From positions 2,530-66,529 of the forward strand of contig CAIWVP010000111.1 in the NCBI GenBank assembly GCA_903916195.1: DNA of 64,000 nt, read 5' to 3'. The notes beneath the pieces were generated by a model, which did not search any database, was not told the DNA's origin, and was given only the letters and a program-made list of their open reading frames with translations. The stretch comes from an uncultured Verrucomicrobiota bacterium (GTDB lineage Bacteria > Verrucomicrobiota > Verrucomicrobiia > Limisphaerales > UBA9464). Made by a program: the position numbers and the translations under genes. Shown one piece after another: positions 57,442 through 64,000 of this stretch. The stretch's first letter is position 1. Every line of letters begins with the position of its first letter.

Positions 57442-58215
57442 ATGGCTTCCCCTGTTCCTCCTCCGACCTCCCCGACGGCGACCGGCATCCCGGTGGCCGT
57501 GCGCGGCCTGCGGAAATCGTTCGGCGACCAGGCGGTGCTCAAGGGCGTCGACCTCGACATCCGCGCGGGCGAGGTGTTCGTGCTGATGGGGCCGAGCGGT
57601 TCCGGCAAATCGGTCTTCTTGCGGCATCTCATCGGGCTGGAGGCTCCGGATACCGGCGAGATCCTGCTGGGCGGCGAACTGGCGACGAGCGAGGGCCTGG
57701 GCGAGCGGTACCGGCTGGCGATGGTGTTCCAGAGCGGCGGCCTGTTGAACTCGCTGACGGTCGGCGAGAACGTGGGCCTCTATCTTTCCGAGCACCAGCT
57801 CAAGCCGACCGCCGAGATCGCGCGCATCGTCGCGGAGAAGCTGGCGGCGGTGCGGCTCGAACCGTCGGTGGCGGTGAAGTATCCGACCGAGCTCTCGGGC
57901 GGCATGCGCAAGCGCGTCGCCATCGCCCGGGCGCTGGTGACCGATCCGCAGCTGGTGCTCTTCGACGAGCCGACCAGCGAGCTGGACCCTCTGGTGGCGC
58001 TGGCCATCGGGCGGGAGATCGTGGGGCTCAACCACCGCACCGGCGCGACCATCGTGGTGGTCACGCACGACCGCGACCTCGCCTTCGGCATCGCGGACCG
58101 CATCGCCTTCCTCGACGGCGGGGAGATCGCGGCCATCGGCACGCCCGCCGAGATGCGCGCGTCGAGGCACCCGTTGCTCCAGCAGTTCCTTGCCGCGGAC
58201 TTCAAGCCCGAGTGA
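57442..58215 (+). CDS. mlaF: MlaF-family ABC ATPase
   Basis: Walker A GPSGSGKS, signature LSGGMRKRVAIARAL and Walker B LVLFDEPTSELD. Confidence 0.85.
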   Translation: MASPVPPPTSPTATGIPVAVRGLRKSFGDQAVLKGVDLDIRAGEVFVLMGPSGSGKSVFLRHLIGLEAPDTGEILLGGELATSEGLGERYRLAMVFQSGGLLNSLTVGENVGLYLSEHQLKPTAEIARIVAEKLAAVRLEPSVAVKYPTELSGGMRKRVAIARALVTDPQLVLFDEPTSELDPLVALAIGREIVGLNHRTGATIVVVTHDRDLAFGIADRIAFLDGGEIAAIGTPAEMRASRHPLLQQFLAADFKPE

Positions 58216-58261
58216 CCGTTCCTTTTTGCCGGATCCCGCCTATCCTGATCCCGATCGCGCC

Positions 58262-59257
58262 ATGAAAAACACCCTTGAGACCCGTCTCGGAATCTTCTTC
58301 GCCCTCGTGGTCATCGCCGCGTTCATGCTGTTCGAGCTGATCGGCAGCGGGGCGGTCTTCGCCCGGGGCCGCGAGGTGAGGGCGCAGTTCTCCAGCGTGC
58401 GCGACCTCAAGAACGGCGACCCGGTGAAGCTCGCCGGCGTCACCATCGGCCGCGTGAGGTCCATCAAGCTCGCCGGCACCAAGGTCGAGGTCGTGATGGC
58501 CGTCGATCCGGCGGCCGAGGTCCGCACCGACAGCCTGGCGACGGTGCAGTTCGCCGGCCTGATGGGGCAGAACTTCGTCGCGCTCACCTTCGGCACGGGC
58601 ACGGCGCCGCTGGTGGTCGACAAGAGCACGGTGCTCGCATCGAAGGACCAGCCGGACCTGGCGGCGATCATGGGCAAGCTGGACGGCGTGGCGGACGGGA
58701 TCCAGAACATGACGAAGAGCTTCAGCGGCGAGGAGTTCAGCAAGCTGCTCGGGCCGTTCACCGACTTCATCAAGCAGAACCAGCCCAAGCTCGCGATCAT
58801 CCTCGGCAATCTGCAGAACATCTCGACGGAAGTCGCCGAGGGCCGCGGCACGGTCGGCAAGCTCATCCGCGACGACACGCTCTACCAGACCGCGCTCTCC
58901 ACGGTCACCCACCTCGACGCGGCCGTCGTCGATGTGAAGCCGCTCGCCGAGGACGCCCGTGCCGCCGTGGCCGAGGCCCGCCAGATGGTCGCCGGCATGA
59001 ACAAGGGCGAGGGCACCGTCGGCAAGCTCCTCAAGGACGACAAGCTCTACACCGAGACCACCACCGGCATGGTGAACCTCAAGGAGATCCTCCAGAAGAT
59101 CAATGGCGGCACCGGGACGGTCGGCCAGCTCGTGAACGATGGTGCCTTCCTGAAGAACGTGAAGCTCACCTTGCAGAAGGTGGACAAGGCGACCGAAGGC
59201 CTCGAGGACACCGGCCCGCTCAGCGTGCTCAGCTCCGTCATCGGCAACCTGTTCTGA
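58262..59257 (+). CDS. mlaD: MCE/MlaD-family substrate-binding protein with extended helical C-terminus
   Basis: It has an N-terminal TM helix and the MCE domain (LKNGDPVKLAGVTIGRVRSI). Repeated GTVGKL helical segments follow. Confidence 0.8.
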   Translation: MKNTLETRLGIFFALVVIAAFMLFELIGSGAVFARGREVRAQFSSVRDLKNGDPVKLAGVTIGRVRSIKLAGTKVEVVMAVDPAAEVRTDSLATVQFAGLMGQNFVALTFGTGTAPLVVDKSTVLASKDQPDLAAIMGKLDGVADGIQNMTKSFSGEEFSKLLGPFTDFIKQNQPKLAIILGNLQNISTEVAEGRGTVGKLIRDDTLYQTALSTVTHLDAAVVDVKPLAEDARAAVAEARQMVAGMNKGEGTVGKLLKDDKLYTETTTGMVNLKEILQKINGGTGTVGQLVNDGAFLKNVKLTLQKVDKATEGLEDTGPLSVLSSVIGNLF

Positions 59258-59337
59258 CGCGCTGCCGCGATGTCTGCCGGCTGGACACGCGGGGTCGGGG
59301 ATGGATATTGCCCCCGTCCGAACCCACTGATCCACCC

Positions 59338-59973
59338 ATGGTCCGCTATATCCTCAGGGGGCTGACCCATCCGCTCCAGCATGAGCTGCACAGCGGCCTG
59401 AACACCATGGGCCGGAACCCGACGAACGAGTTCCGGATCCCCGATGCGAGCGTCTCCAGCTTCCATGCCGAGGTGACGGTCCTGGACGACGGCAGCGCGG
59501 TGATCGTCCGCGATCTCCAGTCGACGAACGGGACCTTCATCGACAGCAATCCAGTGGAAGAAGCTCCGATCCTCGCCGGACAGACGCTCCAGCTCGGCGC
59601 GGTCGAGCTCCGCCTAGAGGCCGAGACCTTCGAGATCCGCATCCCGGGGTCCACGGGACCGCAGGCCGCGGTGCCGGCCGGCGAGCTCGCGGCGCTGCCC
59701 GACGGCACGCTCGCCTGTTCCCGGAACCGGTCGTTGCCGGCGACCCATCACGCGGTCCACGGCTGCGGCGCGGTGGTGAAATGCCCGGGCGTCTTCAACA
59801 TCGCGAGCCTCCGGGCGATGAAGCTCTCGGGCGGCGCGGCCGGGCTGCTGTTGTTCTGCCCCGATTGCAACGCCAAGTGCGGACCGTTGCCGGGCGTGGG
59901 CGAATCGGGCTCCAAGGGCAAAGGGATCTTCTCCCGGCTCACCCAGACCATCCAGCTCGGCTGGAAGAAGTGA
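59338..59973 (+). CDS. FHA domain protein with C-terminal Cys-rich (zinc-ribbon-like) region
   Basis: The FHA core is GRNPTNEFRIPDASVSSFHAEV...RDLQSTNGTFID. The C-terminus carries C...C...CPG...FCPDCNAKC. Confidence 0.75.
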   Translation: MVRYILRGLTHPLQHELHSGLNTMGRNPTNEFRIPDASVSSFHAEVTVLDDGSAVIVRDLQSTNGTFIDSNPVEEAPILAGQTLQLGAVELRLEAETFEIRIPGSTGPQAAVPAGELAALPDGTLACSRNRSLPATHHAVHGCGAVVKCPGVFNIASLRAMKLSGGAAGLLLFCPDCNAKCGPLPGVGESGSKGKGIFSRLTQTIQLGWKK

Positions 59974-60018
59974 GCAGCGCGCGGATGCCGAAGGGAACGT
60001 TCCCGCGCCGCGCCCCGG

Positions 60019-61314
60019 TCACTCCGCCGGGACGATCTTCCAGACCTTGCCCTTGCCCGCGACGAGGCTGTTGGCGCCGTTGGTCAGCACGTACAGTTCG
60101 CCGCGCTCGTCCTGTCCGAACGCCGTGATGTAGGCGCCGAGGGGCGACGGCGCGGTCACGGTCAACGGCTCGAAGGTCCATCGGCCTTTGCCGTCCGCCG
60201 GACGTGTCGCCGCGAGCAACGTGCCCTGCGGCAGCGCCCAGTTGCGCGACCAGTCGCCGAAGACGTAACGCCCTTCCAGCTGCGGCAGCGCCTTGCCGCG
60301 GTACACGAAGCCGCCGGTGATGCTGATGCCCACCGCCTCCGGGTCCTTCTTGCCACCGGTGTGCTTGTATTCGAAGACCGGGTCGACCAAGGGCTCGCCG
60401 CGGGCCCCGGTGCGCGGGGCATCGGTCGGCGGCGTGTTCGGCGCCTTGGCGTCGAAGCCTTGGAAGCCTTCGCGCAAGGACCAGCCGTAGTTCGCGCCCT
60501 TGGTGATGATGTCCACTTCCTCGAAGAGGTTCTGCCCGACATCCGCGGCGAAGAGCTCGCGCTGGCCGCGCTTGTCGAAGGTCAACGCCCAGACGTTGCG
60601 CAGACCGTAGGCCCAGATCTCCGGGCGGGCGGCCTTGCCGTCGGCGAAGGGGTTGTCGCGCGGGATCCGGTACTTGCCGGGCGCGCTCACGTCGAGCCGG
60701 AGCACCTTGCCCAGGTGGGTCGAGAGATCCTGGCCGTTGCCGGTCTCGGGACGTTTGCCGCGGTCGTTGGCGTTACCGCCGTCGCCGACGCTCATGTAGA
60801 GCAGACCGTCCGGACCGAAGGCGAGCCGGCCGCCGTTGTGGTTGGAGAAGGGCTTGTCCACCTCCAGCAGCACGCGTTCGGACGCGAGGTCGACCTGCAT
60901 CGGTCCGCCCACGGGCACGACGAACTCGACGAGCCGCAGCGTGCAGTCGAAATCGGCCGGCGCGGAGGCGCGGCGCGGCGCGGTGTAGGTGGCGAAGAGG
61001 CGGCGGTTGCTGGCGAACCCGGGATGCGGCGCGACGCACAGCAGGCCGCGTTCGTCGAAGGCGCCGAGATTGAGCGCCGAGAGGCGGTTGGTGAGCACGG
61101 CCACCGGCAAGTCGGCCAGCTTGCCGTGCTCATCGATGAGGCGGATCTGGCCGGTCTGCTCGACGACCAACGCGAGGCCGTCCGGCAGCGGTGCGTAGCT
61201 GACGGGCTGGGTGAGGCCTTCGGCGACGAGCTTGAGCGCGACGCGCGGCGCTTCGGCGAGGACCGGGATGGAGAGGGCTGCGGCGGCAGCGACGGCGAGA
61301 GCGAGATTCATCAT
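60019..61314 (-). CDS. PQQ-dependent sugar (glucose/sorbosone) dehydrogenase, soluble beta-propeller type
   Basis: It has a signal peptide. NHNGGRLAFGPDGLLYMSVGDGG, NPFADG and YGLRNVW are GSDH-family blocks. Confidence 0.85.
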   Translation of the reverse strand: MMNLALAVAAAAALSIPVLAEAPRVALKLVAEGLTQPVSYAPLPDGLALVVEQTGQIRLIDEHGKLADLPVAVLTNRLSALNLGAFDERGLLCVAPHPGFASNRRLFATYTAPRRASAPADFDCTLRLVEFVVPVGGPMQVDLASERVLLEVDKPFSNHNGGRLAFGPDGLLYMSVGDGGNANDRGKRPETGNGQDLSTHLGKVLRLDVSAPGKYRIPRDNPFADGKAARPEIWAYGLRNVWALTFDKRGQRELFAADVGQNLFEEVDIITKGANYGWSLREGFQGFDAKAPNTPPTDAPRTGARGEPLVDPVFEYKHTGGKKDPEAVGISITGGFVYRGKALPQLEGRYVFGDWSRNWALPQGTLLAATRPADGKGRWTFEPLTVTAPSPLGAYITAFGQDERGELYVLTNGANSLVAGKGKVWKIVPAE

Positions 61315-61415
61315 CGGATGGGCGAGAAACTAGGCGCGCGGTCCGCGGAGGAAAGCCCGGATCGAGGGTCGCTTCATGTCGGCAAGAAGCCGGCGGTCGT
61401 GGATCCCGTCGCGCC

Positions 61416-61868
61416 TCAGCGGGCGCCCCAACCGAACAGCACGGCCGAGGCCTCGTGGTGGCGGTCGTCCCGGAAGCCACGGGGCAACGGCGCTTGCCCG
61501 GGCCCGAGCGAGGGGTTCCACGACCATGATGCCGGGGATCCGCCGACACCGCCGTATTCGCGGGACGCGAACGGGTTGATGAGCTGCAACGCCTTCACCT
61601 TTTCCGGCCGGGCGAAGACCGCGCCCACCGAGCCGTGGCGCTCGATCAACGTGTCGGGCGTGCTCGCCTGGAGGCGTTCCTGGACGTTGGTCTGGGACTG
61701 CCGGTGCAGCTTCAACACGGGGTTCGCGGCCGCCGCGGTCTGGACGGCGACCGGCGTGGCCGCCGTCGTCTGGGTCTCCTCGGCGAGGCCTCGTGCCGTC
61801 AGCAGCATCAGGAACGATGCGATGACGATGCTCCGGGACGTCGGACCTGGGACCGGGGGATTCTTCAT
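61416..61868 (-). CDS. Hypothetical secreted protein
   Basis: It has a signal-like helix IVIASFLMLLTARGLA. Its ATG overlaps the stop of the upstream MBL gene by 4 nt (ATGA). I recognise no family. Confidence 0.45.
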   Translation of the reverse strand: MKNPPVPGPTSRSIVIASFLMLLTARGLAEETQTTAATPVAVQTAAAANPVLKLHRQSQTNVQERLQASTPDTLIERHGSVGAVFARPEKVKALQLINPFASREYGGVGGSPASWSWNPSLGPGQAPLPRGFRDDRHHEASAVLFGWGAR

Positions 61869-62701
61869 GGGAACCAAGGGTTGTCGGACTTCTCCTGCGC
61901 GACGGTCGTGAGCGGGCCGTGGCCCGGGCAGATCAAGGTGTCACCGGGCAGGGTGAAGATCTGTTCGCGCACCTTCGACCGGGCAAGAGCGAGCAGCTCG
62001 CGCGCACCGCCGATCGAGCCCGCGTAGATCGCGTCGCCCACGATGGCGACGAACGGCGCATCCGAAGGCCAGTTGCCGACGACGAAGGTGACGCCGTCCT
62101 CGGCATGTCCGGGGGTGTCACGATTGGTCACCCGCAGGCTGCCGAGCGTGATGCAGTCGTTGCCGCGGAGGCGTTGGTCGACCGGGGCGGCCTTGGAGCC
62201 GGAATGGATCCGGGTCTTCGGGAACTTCGCGCGGATGTCGCCCAGGGCCGCGATGTGGTCCGCGTGCGAATGGGTGAGGAAGATGTGTTTGAGGACGAGC
62301 TGGTTCTCCTCGATGAGCGCGAGGATCGGCGCCGCGGCGAAGCCGGTGTCGAACAGGGCGGCCTCGCGGGTGACCTCGTCCCAGACCAGATAGGCGTTCA
62401 CCGTCATGCCGTCGCCCTCGCTGGTGACCATGCGGAACTCGCACCAGACCGACGTGTCCACCGGTGCCGGTCTCCAGCCCTTGGCCTGCCGTTCGAGGCG
62501 GGCGCCGTCGATGGTGAGCAGTTTGCCGAGCGCGGCGACATCGGTTCCCGCCGGCAGGGTGGCCGTCTCTTCGAGCGAGGTGTAGGCGGCGAGGCCCAGG
62601 CCGGCCGCTTTGGCGGCGGCCTCCGGAGTCACTTGGGTCGAGGCGCGGGCCTTGCGGAGGATGTCACCGATCGTGTCTTCAAGCGTCACGCAGCACAACA
62701 T
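61865..62701 (-). CDS. MBL-fold metallo-hydrolase with N-terminal HTH-like segment
   Basis: The THSHADH motif, a later TPGHAEDG and ICPGHG are present. The first 60 aa or so (IGDILRKARASTQVTPEAAAKAAGLGLAAYTSLE) look XRE-HTH-like. Only the 3' part of the 691-aa track ORF is used. Confidence 0.8.
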   Translation of the reverse strand: MLCCVTLEDTIGDILRKARASTQVTPEAAAKAAGLGLAAYTSLEETATLPAGTDVAALGKLLTIDGARLERQAKGWRPAPVDTSVWCEFRMVTSEGDGMTVNAYLVWDEVTREAALFDTGFAAAPILALIEENQLVLKHIFLTHSHADHIAALGDIRAKFPKTRIHSGSKAAPVDQRLRGNDCITLGSLRVTNRDTPGHAEDGVTFVVGNWPSDAPFVAIVGDAIYAGSIGGARELLALARSKVREQIFTLPGDTLICPGHGPLTTVAQEKSDNPWFP

Positions 62702-62935
62702 AAGGGCCCGTCCCTCCGCAAAGCAACAGGCCCGGTGACGCGCCCCGGGGCTCCTTCCCGCCGCGCGTCCAACGGGCCGAGGCGCCTCCCGGCAGGATAG
62801 GGAGGGGCGGAAGAACGTGGACGCCACGATATCGGGCAACGCCCGTGGAAAGCGGCGCCGCGTGGAAAGCGTTTGGCATCCTCCTTGAATGAAGCTCTTA
62901 TCTTTGGCGTTCACCTGTGTAAACTCCCGCCCCGC

Positions 62936-64000
62936 ATGAGCTCCAAGACCGTCCAGTTCCTCCAGTCGTGCACCTCGGATGAAGACATCGATATCGTGAA
63001 GCTGGTCGACTGCGTGGTCGTGGACGCGGTGCGGGCCGGTGCATCGGATATCCATATCGAGCCCTGGGAGAGCTCGATCGCCGTGCGGGTCCGCCTCAGC
63101 GGCGTGCTCAATGAGCTGGTCCACCTGCCGAGCGACCTGCACCCCAAGGTCGTCGGGCGCCTCAAGATCATGGCCAATCTCATCGGACATGAGACGAGCC
63201 TGCCGCAGGAAGGCCGGGCGAACACCTTCGAGGAGGCGGGCAACGTCGTGTTGCGCATCTCCACCTTCCCGACCATCCGCGGCGAGAAGGTCGTCGTCCG
63301 CATCTTCGACCCGAAGGGACGCAGCTTCGACCTCGACGCGCTCGGCATGGAGGAGGACTCGCTCGCGACGTTCAAGACCATGCTCTTGCGGCCCACCGGG
63401 CTGATCCTGCTCACGGGCCCGACCGGTTCCGGCAAGACCACGGCCATCTACGCCGCGCTCCACCATCTCATCGACCGGGCCGGCCCGAGCATCAGCGTGG
63501 CGACCGTCGAGGACCCCGTGGAGTTCAACCTGCCGCTCATCGCCCAGTCCCAGTGCAACCCGGCGCGGGATTATACCTATCCGGTCGCCCTGCGGTCGCT
63601 CATGCGGCAGGACCCGCAGGTGATCATGATCGGTGAGATCCGCGATTCGGAGACGGCGAACATCGCGGTGCAGGCCGGTCTGACCGGGCATCTCGTGATG
63701 AGCACCATCCATGCGTCGAGCACGGCCGGTGTCTTCGCGCGGTTGATCAACATGGGCATCGAGCCGTTCCTGCTCGCATCGTCGATCGTGGGTGTGCTCG
63801 GCGTCCGCCTTGTCCGCCGCAACTGCCCGGTCTGCACCGAGCCTTATCCGCCGGACGAGGCCCTGATGCGCCTGTTGCCGCCGGACGTCCTGGAGACCGC
63901 CCAGTTCCGCAAAGGCGCCGGCTGCGCGGCCTGCAACCACACCGGCTTCTCCGGGCGCGTCGCCGTCACGGAGATGCTCACCGTCGGTGAGACCCTGCGC
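62936..64000 (+). CDS. GspE/PilB-family secretion ATPase (short form), 3' truncated by the window end
   Basis: This is not in the ORF track because no stop is reached. My translation from the ATG at 62936 gives Walker A GPTGSGKTT, the Asp box VEDPVE, Walker B MRQDPQVIMIGEIRD, the His box TGHLVMSTIHA and the tetracysteine CPVC...CAAC. Confidence 0.85.
   Translation, partial: MSSKTVQFLQSCTSDEDIDIVKLVDCVVVDAVRAGASDIHIEPWESSIAVRVRLSGVLNELVHLPSDLHPKVVGRLKIMANLIGHETSLPQEGRANTFEEAGNVVLRISTFPTIRGEKVVVRIFDPKGRSFDLDALGMEEDSLATFKTMLLRPTGLILLTGPTGSGKTTAIYAALHHLIDRAGPSISVATVEDPVEFNLPLIAQSQCNPARDYTYPVALRSLMRQDPQVIMIGEIRDSETANIAVQAGLTGHLVMSTIHASSTAGVFARLINMGIEPFLLASSIVGVLGVRLVRRNCPVCTEPYPPDEALMRLLPPDVLETAQFRKGAGCAACNHTGFSGRVAVTEMLTVGETLR

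Noticed and set aside
61865-63940. 691-aa minus-strand ORF
   Set aside because: Only the 3' 278 codons encode the MBL-fold protein. The rest is antisense to a GspE/PilB ATPase with complete Walker, Asp and His boxes on the plus strand.

Overview
This is a high-GC (about 63-70% in hand-counted sample lines) chromosomal segment. Its gene content looks like Verrucomicrobiota or Planctomycetota, but that is inference only. Supporting content: a PSCyt/DUF1549/DUF1553 giant protein paired with DUF1501, exosortase/EpsI genes, many signal-peptide hydrolases (sulfatase, BNR sialidase-like, SGNH, phosphoesterase), several ECF sigma factors and structured GC-rich palindromic repeats. I support about 50 CDSs. 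Housekeeping genes include lpxD, panD, mutL, aroB, lysC, ggt, mlaEFD, an msbA-like ABC exporter, ppnP, a UDP-xylose synthase and a Kef-type antiporter. I also support one decayed sigma-factor pseudogene, one relic gene fragment and four repeat elements. I saw no rRNA, tRNA, CRISPR array, integrase or transposase. Most long ORFs in the six-frame track are antisense or out-of-frame artefacts of the high GC (Arg/Ala/Gly/Pro-rich translations). The stand-out is a low-GC island of about 4.9 kb (about 5560-10420) carrying three co-oriented genes. (1) An 804-aa orphan protein with N-terminal leucine-rich-like repeats, eight DnaJ-type CxxC motifs and a predicted helical hairpin. (2) An ECF sigma factor. 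(3) A membrane-spanning Ser/Thr-kinase-like protein with an extracytoplasmic beta-rich domain, whose start lies 1 nt after the sigma stop. This looks like a horizontally acquired sigma/kinase signalling cassette with an uncharacterised zinc-finger partner. Secondary observations: a 138-bp nested-palindrome repeat in inverted copies bracketing 9.4 kb that includes the island; an ECF sigma pseudogene with two TGA codons at expected Trp positions plus a frameshift; a tandemly duplicated exosortase-EpsI module whose second copy is fused; a C-terminal module recurring in four unrelated proteins; and a relic copy of the ggt 3' end.
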